From the NCBI GenBank assembly GCA_965649825.1, contig OZ287699.1:1084477-1148476 (forward strand): a stretch of DNA of 64,000 nucleotides, given 5' to 3'. A program made the position numbers and the translations under genes. Origin of the DNA: Penicillus capitatus. Its lineage: Eukaryota; Plantae; Chlorophyta. The notes under the pieces are model-generated. The model was not told where the DNA came from. It was given only the letters and a program-made list of their open reading frames with translations, and searched no databases. Of the stretch, positions 11,266-23,403 are shown in pieces (position 1 is the first letter of the stretch; each line of letters opens with the position of its first letter).

Positions 11266-13354
11266 TTAATAGACCTGTAGAATCAGCAAGGCAAGAGTGT
11301 TTGTTGTGCTCTTATAGCTAGATTTTCAGCTTTTCTGTTCAGCCTTCAAGCTCAGTCATTGTCGGCATCGTTGCAATTAATGTCCATCAGTCAACAATTG
11401 TCTGAATGCTGTCGCCGCCGGGACCCGATGTTTCCAAATCTCTCCCAGTTGTTCTTCATGTTTTTCGGGCCTTCTGTAGCACCAGAACATCGACTTCCCG
11501 CGAAAGTGTCAAACAAGTAGTCGAAGGTTGTTCCAACAACCCAGGAAAACGGAGCACCATACTGTTTGTAGACAAGAGATCTGCTGTCCAGAAGCGATGT
11601 CTTTGATGGTGTAACATGCTTTTGAATGACAGGATGGGTTATGTAGTTTGAGCTACAAGACAGTCCGGCTTCCTTCGTAGCTCTTCTATTACAGTTCAGT
11701 TCGACTGTCTGAATCAGTCAATAATCATACAAAAGAACATCACTGGGAGGGTAGGATAAGAGTTGCATCAAATGGAAAATTAAAGCGCGTAATGCAAGGA
11801 CTGTAAATGACTAAAATAAATCGCAAACACGCCCGACAGAATCTTGAAGGTCTTGGTAGACCCTCGCTTTGGTTCATACTCCCGCAACGTAAACTTATTC
11901 TTCCTCGTGGTGACAACGTCGCGATGCTCGCTCTGATTGCAAAATGGGCAAACACTTATCCAAAACTATTCTTTGCAGAGTCTTGTTCGTCTTCTTTCCT
12001 TCACGAACATAATGACATCGCCTGGCATCTGTAACATAAGCATTTTTTTGCGAAATTCATTCATCGTTATGATGTCCACTCCCCTGAGTTATAAGCTCCG
12101 CGGTTAGTCAAACCTTTGACAGTTGCTCGAAGTTTTTGCACTAGTGCTCGAAACGAGCGATAGACATTCTTCTTGTTATGTGCATGAAAAAGATACACTG
12201 CCGTTTCTAATCGAGAATCGAAGTTTCGATGAGTATCTATTCAAGCCTGGTAAGAGCAAGCTCGATCCACGTACGTTCAATACGTTGCGAAAAACACTGT
12301 TGTGTTAACATTGTCGACGATCATTCTATTCGCTTCGATGTCTTCGTCGACGGAGATCTAACAACAATATTGCTCTATCGTAAGGTTATTGAAGATCCTC
12401 GTTTTTCAAAAAAAGCAAAAGCGAATGGTAATAATCCAAAGTGCAAAGAACGTTACAGGTTGCACAACTTCTAATATCTGCGCGAGTTGTCCATGATTCC
12501 ATTCCGTGAATTTGTTAAACATACAGTGACGACATTAATAGGCTGGAATAAAAGTTGTTGGAATTCAACACACTGCAAATAGGACGCCTTGGGGTTAAAT
12601 GAAAGAAATACATTTATTCTTCCTGTCTTCAATTTTATAAATATTCTCTTATGAAACTTGACGAATTTCGGTGCTGCGACGTCTTTGTTACAATTCCCTT
12701 GGCTATCCAATTGATGCCCAACAAAAAACCGCTCGCCAGGAGTTTGCCAGTCTTTAATTTGATATTTCGGCGCGAAAACACGTTCTCCAGGTTCGTTTCA
12801 CTAAGACATCATCTTGCCCTATCCAAAGCTTCATTCTTGGTTGGTTGAGCCAATACTTTCGAACTTTTCTTGAACCTTGATGCTTCAACGGCGTGGCACA
12901 CTTTCGCCTTAGCCAACGTTTTGTGTTTTTTCACACAAAGTATTTTGGCGCAAAAATGATAGACGAGTAAGGTATTTGTTCATCTCCGTGAAATCTTGTA
13001 CCCTCGAGGTCTTCAAGAAGAGATAAAAAGCATGTTACTATGTAAACACGCGCTCTGTCAGTCTTCCTTATGATAGAGGACGATATTAGTGAATGCAACG
13101 GGCAATAGGTATGGAAAATATGTGATGTTAAGAATCCGATTAACAGAAGAGGCTGTTCCGGTCGGTATTTCTCTAGGAATGTAGCCTGTACCGAGCGTTA
13201 GTACAAAGAAGACCCGTTTTCTCCTGACAGGTACGGGATGGTGATGAGATGGTTCGTTAGAGAAAATACAAGATTCTTTTTTATGCATGTATGAATGAGC
13301 AGCCTAAACTTTCTTTGTGACTAGATATATCTAACAAAGATTCAAATATGTGCG

Positions 13355-14049
13355 TGTCAGTGGACAGCTGTCCACCTTCGTGCAGCTGTCCAAAGAATTG
13401 CTTAAATTCTTACAATTACTGTTCGAACAGTCTTTGTAATCCTTACGCCTTCGTCGTTAACCCGTTGTCCGTTGACAAACACGACATGGTTTCGGAGCGA
13501 CAAAGATTCCGGCGATAGAATCTCGTCATCGAAGACTGAAGACTTTCCAAGACACGTCCGTGGTGACAGCGTTTTACCTACCACCTGCAGTCCGTAGTTC
13601 GTTCCATCGTCCGAGTTGCTGCGTTTCAGTTTCACGCTGCGATAAGCGTACTGTTGCGCATTGTTGTGTTTACGTTTTCTATCTGGGTCACCACGGACGT
13701 GTTGTCGCTGTGAAGTACGGTTCGAATTTCCAGAGTCGGCGCTGAAGTCTCGGAGACGTAAGAGCTACAAAGCTGCGGCGAATGGGCCGCAGAGGGAGAA
13801 GCCTCGTGACGATGGCCCTGGCTCGACTCCTGGCCAGCCTGATGACATCCCGACTGTCGTGAAATATGTTCCGTTCGCATCATTCGGAGTCTGCACAACG
13901 AAAAGGGGGTGGGTACATGTCAGTGGACAGCTGTCCACCTTCGTGCAGCTGTCCAAAGAATTGCTTAAATTCTTACAATTACTGTTCGAACAGTCTTTGT
14001 AATCCTGACGCCTTCGTCGTTAACCTGTTGTCCGTTGACAAACACGACA
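13355..14049 (+). mobile_element. TRIM (terminal-repeat retrotransposon in miniature), 695 bp
   Basis: 132-bp direct repeats at 13355-13486 and 13918-14049 with 2 mismatches and TGTC...GACA termini. Identical 5-bp flanks GTGCG (13350-13354, 14050-14054). PBS-like TGGTTTCGGAGC directly after the 5' LTR. Purine tract GAAAAGGGGGTGGG just before the 3' LTR. Confidence 0.92.
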
Positions 14050-14092
14050 GTGCGTAAGGATTGATATAGATGCACGTCTTGCAATATAGGTC

Positions 14093-14314
14093 CTACTGAC
14101 GATCAACTATCTCAGAATGCACAAGGGATTCTCGGGAAAGTTTCAATTCGGAGCATTCCAACAGATGGTTTCTGTCTTCGATATCACATCCACAGAGTTG
14201 ACAAGAAAGATCATCTCCGGTGTTTTGGATTGTGACGAGCGTGGAATATAGAATAACTTTGAAAATCAAGACAACGAATGTCAAATCGTAAGAGCAGGTT
14301 CGTGTTTGAACCAA
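14093..14314 (-). pseudogene. Possible relic of a non-LTR retrotransposon C-terminal zinc knuckle
   Basis: CQLCGCDIEDRNHLLEC fits the CxxC...ED..HLL.C motif at the end of LINE ORF2. The upstream frame is broken by stops and no RT core is recognised. Confidence 0.35.
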
Positions 14315-15868
14315 TCCTATGAAAAAAGAAAAGTGGGCACTTGCCGTTCCTCCATGCGGTCTCTCTAAAACGTACCGTCAAAGACGCATTCGTTACTCGA
14401 GGCTTAACGCTCGGCGTTGATTTTTAATATCCTGCGTTCTTTGCATAAGCCTCGCTTGACAATCCTTATCTTCGCTCGACGAAGTTCATTTGGTCTCAGT
14501 CGGACTTCAGTCTTCGCCTACCGCATTGAATCCTCTTTCCGTTCGCTTCGCAAAATCTCTCACGTGGAGAAGAAGCGTTCAGAATAAGTGCGCTTAGCTT
14601 ATCAAAATCGCCTTCTAAAATAATTCAACTGCCGATGACATAATGCACGATCTCTTCATAACTATGCACTGTCAAGAAACAAGAACTAGATGCACTAACC
14701 CCTATATTACAGTGCGGCTCTGTCCTAATAGTGGATGGCCCTATCTTGATGAAAGCCAAGGTAGAAGCTTCAGATTACGCAAAGAATGGCTTAATATGCC
14801 GGAGAATGATTGGGCGTTTATACGACGATGGACGTGACGTAACGTTTTCTTCCCCACAAAAACGGATTTCATTCAATAAAAGATGTCTTTTTCGTTCGCG
14901 CATACCTCTACAAAAACACAACCGTCCATCGCGCCACCTGTCGCCGAGTCCTGGCTCTCCGGCGTCCGCAAAGCATCGATGGACGATGCCGAATACGAGC
15001 AGCGATGGCGATCTGCATCGAACAGAGTCCGTTCTTTTCCGCATCTTGTCGTGCTGTTGGCGGCGCCACCGAAACGGCGCCAGAGTGCCACGGTTTCTCG
15101 GATTGAACAACATCGACGTCGATTGCCGCGAAGCGGTTGCCGCGACAGGCGATCCTGTCGATCGCGCGATCCATCGAAGACAAGATTCAACTTCGTGTTC
15201 AGAAACAGTCAAAATCCCTTTTTGCTTCCGCAATCGGCAAAGAACGAACGACTCTTCGTGCTGCGCCGTCCATCGCAGTCGACAAACACTGGGGACAGGT
15301 CTGTCTTCTATCAACCACAACCGTTTTCCAGACAGGACACGAGGTTATAGGGTTCATGATCGACGGACGGATTGATTGATCCAACCTTGAACGTTGTCCA
15401 GCCCCCTCGATACTTGAGCGAAAAACAACGTCTTTACGTCTGACTTTCTCTTCGAAAACTGTTGACACCGAAATCGACAATCCCGACTGAACCACCGACC
15501 CAGTTGAGCGGCAACGGAATGATTCCTTTTGACGTCTATCGTGTCTCCCTCGAATCCCCTCTCCAGATCACGTGCGCAAAACAACGGCTAAACTACTACT
15601 GGGCGAAGAAGTGCATCGTCCGTCGTATGTACGTCGGGGCGACATTGAATGAGATATATCCGTCAGCGTAAGGTACAGGACGACAAACTGCTGCCATCGC
15701 CAAGCTCGCCAGTACAACTCGTACACGTTTGCAGATGCAGTTCGTCATTTGTCATCGACGGCAGCGACCAATACGTCAGGTGAGTATACAGAAAAACGCA
15801 GGCCCGGCAAACGCAATGCTGCCTCATCGGCGAGACCCTCTCGACGCCGCAGAACGAAATGAAGGGAA

Positions 15869-16495
15869 CTAAGAGAAGCGGCGCGAGATGCCTCCGTAGA
15901 TCGAGATCATGGCGCCCGCTATGTATATGTACACGTAGGCAGGCAGCGTTTTGAGCTGCTCAGCCGAGAACATGTCCTTCATGGGCATCAACGGCGGCAG
16001 GTGATCCCCCTCGTGGGCGTCTTCCTGGGGCGTCAGCAGCTGCCTGTCTCGGTGAATGACGAGGGGCTTTGCGTCCGAGACATCCAGCAGAGGTCGCTCG
16101 GCGGCAAAGCGCACTCCATCGTTCTCGATGTGCTCCTGCTTGCACCCGTACATCGCGTAGAACCTCATTTCGCGGTGCTCCTGACACATGGCGCACGCAT
16201 GGCAGCAGCAATGCACACAACAGTCGTTGCATGGCACCGGCGGCAGACTGAACTTGCGTCTCAGGTGCTCGCGACGCGTCATTCCGAGCAGACAGGGAAC
16301 GCCCGGAATGCAGCAGGTCACCGTGTAGATGGCGCAGTCGGCGCAACACGAGCACGCGTCTTGACCGAGCAGGTACTCCCCGATGCGGGCGTAGCTGATG
16401 CACGGACACCAGCACGACAAGCAGCAGCTGCTTGCATCGCGCGAACAGTCAAACAGAGAGCCGCTGCGCCACTGGCCGAAAAGTGCCGAGGACAT
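15869..16495 (-). CDS. PLAC8 (Cys-rich, PCR/FW2.2-like) family protein, left-arm copy
   Basis: WRSGSLFDC...CCLSCWCPCISYARIGE...REHLRRKFSL....CNDCCVHCCCHACAMCQEHREM is the PLAC8 signature. ATG at 16495. Confidence 0.88.
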   Translation of the reverse strand: MSSALFGQWRSGSLFDCSRDASSCCLSCWCPCISYARIGEYLLGQDACSCCADCAIYTVTCCIPGVPCLLGMTRREHLRRKFSLPPVPCNDCCVHCCCHACAMCQEHREMRFYAMYGCKQEHIENDGVRFAAERPLLDVSDAKPLVIHRDRQLLTPQEDAHEGDHLPPLMPMKDMFSAEQLKTLPAYVYIYIAGAMISIYGGISRRFS

Positions 16496-16709
16496 CGCCG
16501 CGAACAAGCGCTTCTATCCCGCGCGTTAAGCGAAATGTTCGTCCATCTGATCCGCTCGCGCATTTCGCCGGTCACCGTTGACGCCGAGAGGCATTTCGCG
16601 GCTGTCGTGGACCGACAGGCTCGCCGGCAGATCGAAATCGATTCGCCTTCCGCCGTGACCGGCCCGAACCGATCGACCGTCCCGTCGCTGCATTCCGCGC
16701 GCTGCCCGT

Positions 16710-17552
16710 ATGTCGGAGACGGAGCTGCAGACGACGTTCTGGAGAGACGACGTGTGGCTCTCCCAGACGGCGCTGACGGCGGAGACCGCCCTGCGCGACT
16801 ACTTCTCGCTGTCGACGTTCTACGATCCGCAGTGCAACAACGAGACGATCAAGACGCTCGACCTCCCGTTCTCCGAGCTGCAGTGCGTCCGCCCGCGTCC
16901 TCCCCGTGCCGAAGGCTCTGTTCCCGCAGCACGCTCGCCCCCGGCGTGGAGTACGTGCTGGCGGCGGCGTCCGAGCCGGACCTCTTCGTCATCGAGAAGC
17001 AGCACAGGAGCGAGAGCCAGGAGACAACGCCTCTGGCCTACTACTACATCCTCTCCGGGACGGTCTACCAGGCGCCGGACCTCCACTCGGCCATCCGGGC
17101 AAAGTTGGGACGGCCCTCGGATGGAGATCGGCATCTCGGTGTTCGTCGTGAAGGGCCAAGAGGTGCCAGTTTCTGCTGGAGAAGAGCTTCCGGAGCTTCT
17201 CCAAGGCGTTCGATCCGCGCACGGCCCCCTCAAAGGAGTGAGAGACGGACGCCTCTTCGGGAAGAGGGTCGGATGACGGCGGCGCGTTTGCAGGTCCGAG
17301 GAGGCGAAGAGGAAGTTCGAGAGCCAGCAGGAGTGGGAGAAGATGAAGACGGGGACGGACGTCGTCAACGCCGTGCTCGCCAGGTGAGCGTGCCCGGCCT
17401 CGCCGTCCCTAATCCGCTGCTCTCTCTGCCTCAGCTACCCGACGGTGCCCGCCTCCGAGGCGCGCACGGCCCAGTCCCTCGCTCCTTCGATGAGCCAGTC
17501 CACGGCGACGGAGGGCGTGGCGAGGAGGCAGGGCTGGAAGGGCAGTCCGTGA
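16710..17552 (+). CDS. MED6: Mediator subunit 6, left-arm copy, five exons
   Basis: FWRDDVWL...ALRDYFSLSTFYDPQCNNE / GVEYVL....PDLFVIEKQ.R....TPLAYYYILSGTVYQAPDL. Short GT-AG introns join the frames to a TGA at 17550-17552. Confidence 0.9.
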
Positions 17553-17668
17553 GGCGCCGTCGAGGGCAGGTGCGAACGCCGACCGACGTCGCTTTCGCGA
17601 GACGGTGCGCGCGCCGTCGGACGTTGTCTTGAAGGCACCGCTGACGTTTCTGTAAGTCCCGGCGCGTC

Positions 17669-19646
17669 ATGCAGACCGTCTGCGAGAGCTCGTCCCCGGC
17701 GCGTCCGAGAGGCGACGTCTTCGCCGGCCTGTCTCCGTGCTCCCTCCTGGAAGGCCAGCGCGAGTCCCTGAACGCCTGCTACGCGGCCCTCCTGTCCGAG
17801 AGGGCAGCCGCCGAAACGCAGGTTCCCGACGCCTCTCCCTCCACCCTCTCACGCGCCCCGCAGAAGGAGAACGAGAAGCTCTGGGCGATCTTCGACGCGG
17901 CCCTGGAGACGGAGCACGTCGAGTTCCTGCACCGCTACGTGGAAGGTCCCGCTATGCCGGCCGGCCGGGCTCCGCGACAACGACGCGCTGTGGCTGCGTA
18001 GATGTCTGCTTCTCGCCGGATCTCCTGCCCTTCGGCCCCGACGCCTACCTGCACAGCACGCACGTCGTTCTGGACTGGTGTCAGAAGTTCCACGGCGATG
18101 CGGAGATTCAGATCCTGGAGGGCAGGCGGGACGCTCTGTCGCGCCTCCCTCGGAAGTGCGAGAGCGTGAAGGGCGTGCTCGGCCGCTGTCTGGACCGCCG
18201 AGAGGGGGATCCGGAGCGCAGACGGAAGAGGTCCGTCGTGGCCCGGCGGCTCCTGGAGACGACCGAGGGCGTCAGGCTGGCGGCGCTCGTGGCGTGCTGG
18301 CTGTGCCGTCTCGGCGCGTCCCCCGCGCCCAGGCGAGAGCGGATGGCCTCGCTGACTCCGGACGCGTACCTCTGCTCCCAGGACCTGCCTCCCATGTGGC
18401 TGGAGCACTACCCCTTTCGGGACGAGAACAGGATGATGGAGATCGTGTTCCTGAACAAGGACGACCTCGGCAGCACGCGGCTGAGGCACTGCAAGCTCGC
18501 CATGCTGGCGTTCTACCTGATGCACTCCGGCCGGGTCGACTCCCTGGAGTTCCTGGCCGAGCGGTTCGGCGTCGACCGTCCGAGGGCCAGGCTCTGGCAG
18601 GGCGTCTTCGCGGTGGACCTCTGTCTTCTGGAGAACGACTTCGGGACGGACGGCGTGATACAGTTCGCCGCCCAGTCGCTGAGGGACTCCGTCCACGAGC
18701 TCGGCGCGATGCTGCCGTTCGACACGATGATGAAGCTCGTGACGCTGGGATGCGGCGCCGACGTCAGGAGCATGTTCGTCCGGCACCTGTCCGCCTACCT
18801 CGACGCCCACTCGTGCCCCGTCTCCGTCGCCCGCCAGGGCGTGCTGTTCTGCCTGGTGTCGCGCGACGTCCCCGCCGGGCTGATGGTGGTGCGGAAGACG
18901 CTCCGGAAGCTGCACGCGACGACCGACGGGATGCTGCTGCTGCACCACCTCTACGACCAGTGCCTGGGGAACTCGCTGCTGGAGGATCTGGTGATGCAGG
19001 ACCTGACGGGAATGGAGGAGGCGGTCTTCGTCGACTGGGCCGGAGCGAAGAGGGACGATCCCGAGTGCAGCCTGTACCTGGCGCTCTACTTCTTCAGGCA
19101 GTCCAGACCGGAAACCGCCAAGGCGCTCTACCTCCTGAGCGCCGAGACGATGCGGCAGTCGACGCACCAGGCACCCCGCCACCCTCTCCTCCCGCCGTGA
19201 CGCGGCCTTCTGTTCTGCAGGACCTGTGGCGACAGCTCGGCGAGGGACTCGGGGGCACTTCCGTCACCGCCTCGGGCGAGGTCGACGGCAGGAGGCGTGC
19301 CGCCGCCGAGGAGGAGGCCGTCGAAAGCGGCGACTCCGTGGACGAAGAGACGGAGGGCGACGGAGAGGTCGCTGCTTTGGTCGGCGCCTGCCGCTCGGCG
19401 ATGCCGTTTCACCTCCAGCAGCTCGTCGGAGAATTCGATCGGTCGACGCCTCACCTGATGTCCTCGTACTCGGAGCTCATGAACTCCAAGAACTTCTGTC
19501 CGCTGCTCCCGGCAGAGGAGGAGGACCAGCCTGTCGCAGAGACGCATTCGTCGATGCAGGACGACAGTTCCGTGGAGATGGACATAGAGAGTGAGTCGGA
19601 TGATGATGCGGTTTTCTACGATGCAATGGAAACGCTTGAAGAGTGA
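17669..19646 (+). CDS. HOS1/ELYS-like nuclear-pore protein, left-arm copy, four exons
   Basis: KLWAIFDAALE...RYVEDVC...VVLDWCQK and YPFRD..MMEIVFL...KLAMLAFYL...FLAERFGV resemble the plant HOS1/ELYS region as I recall it. The last intron (19171-19220) is GC-AG. Acidic tail ends ETLEE*. Confidence 0.65.
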
Positions 19647-20868
19647 CATGTCTTTCATCAAAACTCCCGCCAGCACGAGAAGCGTGAGACGCATAAACTG
19701 TTTCTTAGCACGGTTTTTTAAGAGGACGATCTCCATTATGTCCATTCTGAAAGGCAATCTAGGACGACAGCATTTTCTACTTCGATGCTGCAGTTTTCTT
19801 TGCAAAGAAAGGAAACGAAAGTGAAAAACCGGGTCTTATGTCACAGATGCAGAAATGGTCGTGCCGGGTTGGAAGGATCCATTGTTCTGATGCTCTCCCC
19901 CCGTGCTTTTGTCAACAAATCTATTCTGCTGGGGCATGGCTCATGACAACCTCTGCTCTGGTGGACGCCATGTGCACCGGAAAGATAGCTTGGTCATCCA
20001 GTAGAGTTGACAGGAGTGATTGAATTACAAACGTGCTGTTGTTGCCTTTTTAGACTCGTAGTCGACGGCAACTGACTTCTTGGCGGCACAAAAGGATCAC
20101 ACTCCCAGGGTATTTGTATCTGTCTCTGTCGCTGACTGTCTGATGGGTGGAGTTCCTTTGACAGACGCCTTTAAACAGCGCGCATTTTTCGCGCGACTAA
20201 ATTACAGACCATGGCTGATTTTTACGTCTGACCTCATTGAACGATGCCATCCCTGTCCGATTGTTTTTCTCGTGCACTATCCTGTTCGCAGATTCGCAAA
20301 GAGTTTACGTTTACACAGCAAGTTGGGTTACCTAGGTCTATGTGGTTCTCTCTGGTTCCAATTAGGGGTATTTCGTTTCCGTACGAAATCTGCCAATCGA
20401 ATGTCGATGCATCTAAGACTGGCTCCGTGCTGTCTTAACATTAAGAAGGACACCTGAAGGCATACTCTTTTAGTCTGTACATACGGTCGGCAGTTTGACC
20501 TCCGTCCTGACACAGGCTAACGTCGCAATCGATAGAGTGAGGCTGTACAAACGGCAGTTTCCACCAATTGTATAGTTGGCATGGATAGGAAACCCCTCTG
20601 ACGCGGTTAAACACCGCAGGGATTCTCCTTCGTCGTCGACTCTCACGATGAGTCTCTGTGAACTCGACGCGTGTCTTCCGAAAATCTGTGCGGCAAGATC
20701 TTCTTTCGTATCGGACGCGATATCTGTCGTTATCGTCCGTTCGTCGTCCGTCTCTGGTTGAAGACCGCATTTCACCCGCGCGCAGGTGGGTTGTCAGATC
20801 TCTAACGGTAACATCCACCTTTTGGACGTCATCTAATGTCCACGTATTCTTGTTATCGTCTAATTCTC

Positions 20869-21912
20869 ATGCATTTTGCTTGTCATGAGTCGCGCAAACA
20901 CCTTCCGCCATCAGGCGACTTCAAGGACGACGAGACCGAGCCGGAAGAGGACTACGCTTTCTGGAGGCCATTTTCGCTGAGATATGAAAGGCTTGCTACC
21001 GAGAAAGACTTTCATTCCAGCGTGATTCCGGGATGGCACATGCGCGACGTCGTGGCGTATGCACTGAGTATTCCATTCGCACCCATTTTCTTCAAAGCGC
21101 TTGGACCCGAGATTCCATCGTGGCACGTTGCCGTCGTTGCCTTTATTTCTGGATTCTTTGCACCGCTCCAAGTGTTCGGCTTCATCAAACAGAGGTATGA
21201 ACCAAAAGTCTCTTTCCTGGATAAAAAGGATAAACGTCCTGTATAGGGTGCGGTATGCTCAGTTTCGTTTTGCATCCGTCGTTGTCGTGCGATGTGGCCT
21301 GGTGGTCTTCTTTGCTGCCATCTGCAGCTACTTTCACGCACCACATCCAACAAACACAGCTCTCTTGATGGCATTCTTGATGAAAACGCCAGTTCTTCCG
21401 CTCATCTTCATGTCATTCGGTCACCGGGTGGAATTCAGATACCATGTGCCAGTGCAAACCGCTGCCCTGTTATTGAGTCTGATTTGGGTGCCACTCTTCT
21501 GCCGAACATGCTCATCCGACCCGGAGATCTTTGAGGAAATCCAAAAGGCGAGGCTCCGCTAAAAGATAGATCCAACGTCGTGATTGACGACTGTGTGTAG
21601 TTTGGCTTTGATATCGATTCCGCCTTTACTCGTACCATACTGAACAAAGAACCTGATCCCACAGTTTACCCCTGTTGGATGGTTATGACATTTGCTCTCA
21701 TCGTCACGGGTTTTATCGTTCCTTGCTTTTTAGTTTTTGTTACCGAAGTCGACCTCCGTAAAAAATTTCTCCTCTCCAGAATGTCTCAAAAATTCCACCT
21801 TGGTATTCATGGATATGCGCTGCATGCAATAAAAGTTGCGGTCACGGCATTTGCAGCCACCGTTTTAGGAACATGGTTCTGTCTGTCTTCTGCAAGAGAT
21901 CTCTTTTATTAG
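20869..21912 (+). CDS. Unnamed multi-TM family protein, copy 4
   Basis: FWRPFSLRY, HRVEFRYH, LFCRTC, YPCWM, EVDLRKKFL; three exons. An alternative ATG lies at 20836. Confidence 0.8.
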
Positions 21913-23403
21913 TCTGTCTCACAGCGCAGAATTCTACTGCAACGCTTGGGATCTTGCTTTTCGTTTGGCAATGCAAATTAACGATTTCCTGGCTTCTTAA
22001 TCGGGATGTATATGCATCTACATGTTCTTTAGAGTGCAACTCCTTTATCATCGATGTTTTCTGATCGATGGACGACTGAAACTATTGCCTTTGAGAATAG
22101 ACTGCCTGTCCGATTTGACATAGCATTCTTAATGCCCGCCGAGTAGTGTGGCGAGAACAGTCGCTTCGTCCAGAACGGCTATCGAAGCGTACCAATGCGT
22201 CTGTGTGTACTCAATTCGTTCTCTCTCGACTGGCAATCATTTGATTCAAAGAATCAGAAGAGAAACATTTTACCTGAATCTGTATTAAAACATATCCAGT
22301 TAGAATGCGAATTGACGAAGATCAGTTGGAATCGGAATAAGGAAGATTCGATCATCATCTACTGAAGATGAAATAGAACAATCCTCGGTGGGACATATCT
22401 CGACGTCTGGAACACATCTCAAACGGCGGGCATTTGGATGTTTTCATAGTTAAATCTCTTTCGGTTAGTGTGAAGAAGATCTTTGCAGATCAATCCCGTC
22501 GATTTCAAATCGTCAACGTTGGTGTTCTAAATGAGAAGGGCAAGTGGTGAAAAGGCTTATCGACCCAGTGTCGTAGCTCAGCGCCACGATGGAAGACATT
22601 ATGTTTGTTATGTTAATGTTGTGAAGATAGTGTAATCTCCTTGGTGGATGACTTTCGCAAACGTGCCGCTCCGAGCATCGTGAGAACGCTCGTCCTTGTG
22701 TATAGACATCAGATGATCGTCGCTGTGGCACTCTTTTCTGAAAGGGCACGATTTACAGCATGCTTATACTCTCTGCTAATAGTGTGAGTGGAGATGTCTA
22801 TCGTCATTGTGACGAAAGAATAGCACGCCAAGATCGAGGGAAGTTGTGATCGCTTGCGAGAAACGGCTCTCCTTGACGATAACATCACCTTGATACTCAA
22901 TCCGTTATCTGCAAGTTCCGTTTTCACAATGACATCGCTATGGCTGCCTTCGCATTTCGGTGGATTCGGAAAGAAAGATGCACAACATCATCCTTTTGAG
23001 TTTCTTAGAATAGCAGTTCGAGGCACCCGCGACTTAGAGATAAAGGTTTTTCGTCTCAGATTGTCGACACAGTGGTTGTTGTTCTTTAATAGCCAATACG
23101 GCAGCGAGCACGAGACATAGCTGCACCCTATTTCTCGTTGTGTAACTTTGGACGTCAAAACGTGCCTGCGTCTCAAGAGCCTCTTCTCCTTAAACCATTG
23201 CCGACGTTATGTTTTGTATGCGCAGACAGATGGTTCTGCAGATAGATTCCCACGGGACTGGCGGTTTGCAACATTGCTGCGTAACTTCTGAAGACACCGA
23301 GCCGGTCATTTGAACTATTCTCTTCCCTACAGCACTCCTGTGCATTGTTGAACGAAAACCTCTCCACGAAGAGATTCCTCGCGACTGCTCATCCTATATG
23401 AGC

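Larger units (their letters stand above)
14915..19633 (+). repeat. Left arm of a 4.7-kb inverted segmental duplication
   Basis: Reverse complement of 33326-38040. Homology starts at AACACAACCG and ends at ATGCAATGGAAAC. One 4-bp indel near 15245 accounts for the arm lengths of 4719 and 4715. Confidence 0.97.

Noticed and set aside
13716-13735. GGTTCGAAT B-box/T-loop-like motif suggesting a tRNA or SINE inside the TRIM
   Set aside because: No A-box or cloverleaf stems are found around it.
16001-19805. Long alternative-frame and antisense ORFs in the arms (e.g. 543 aa at 16001-17632, 415 aa at 17935-19182, and their mirrors)
   Set aside because: These are shadows of high GC. They stitch together antisense PLAC8, introns and parts of MED6/HOS1 exons.
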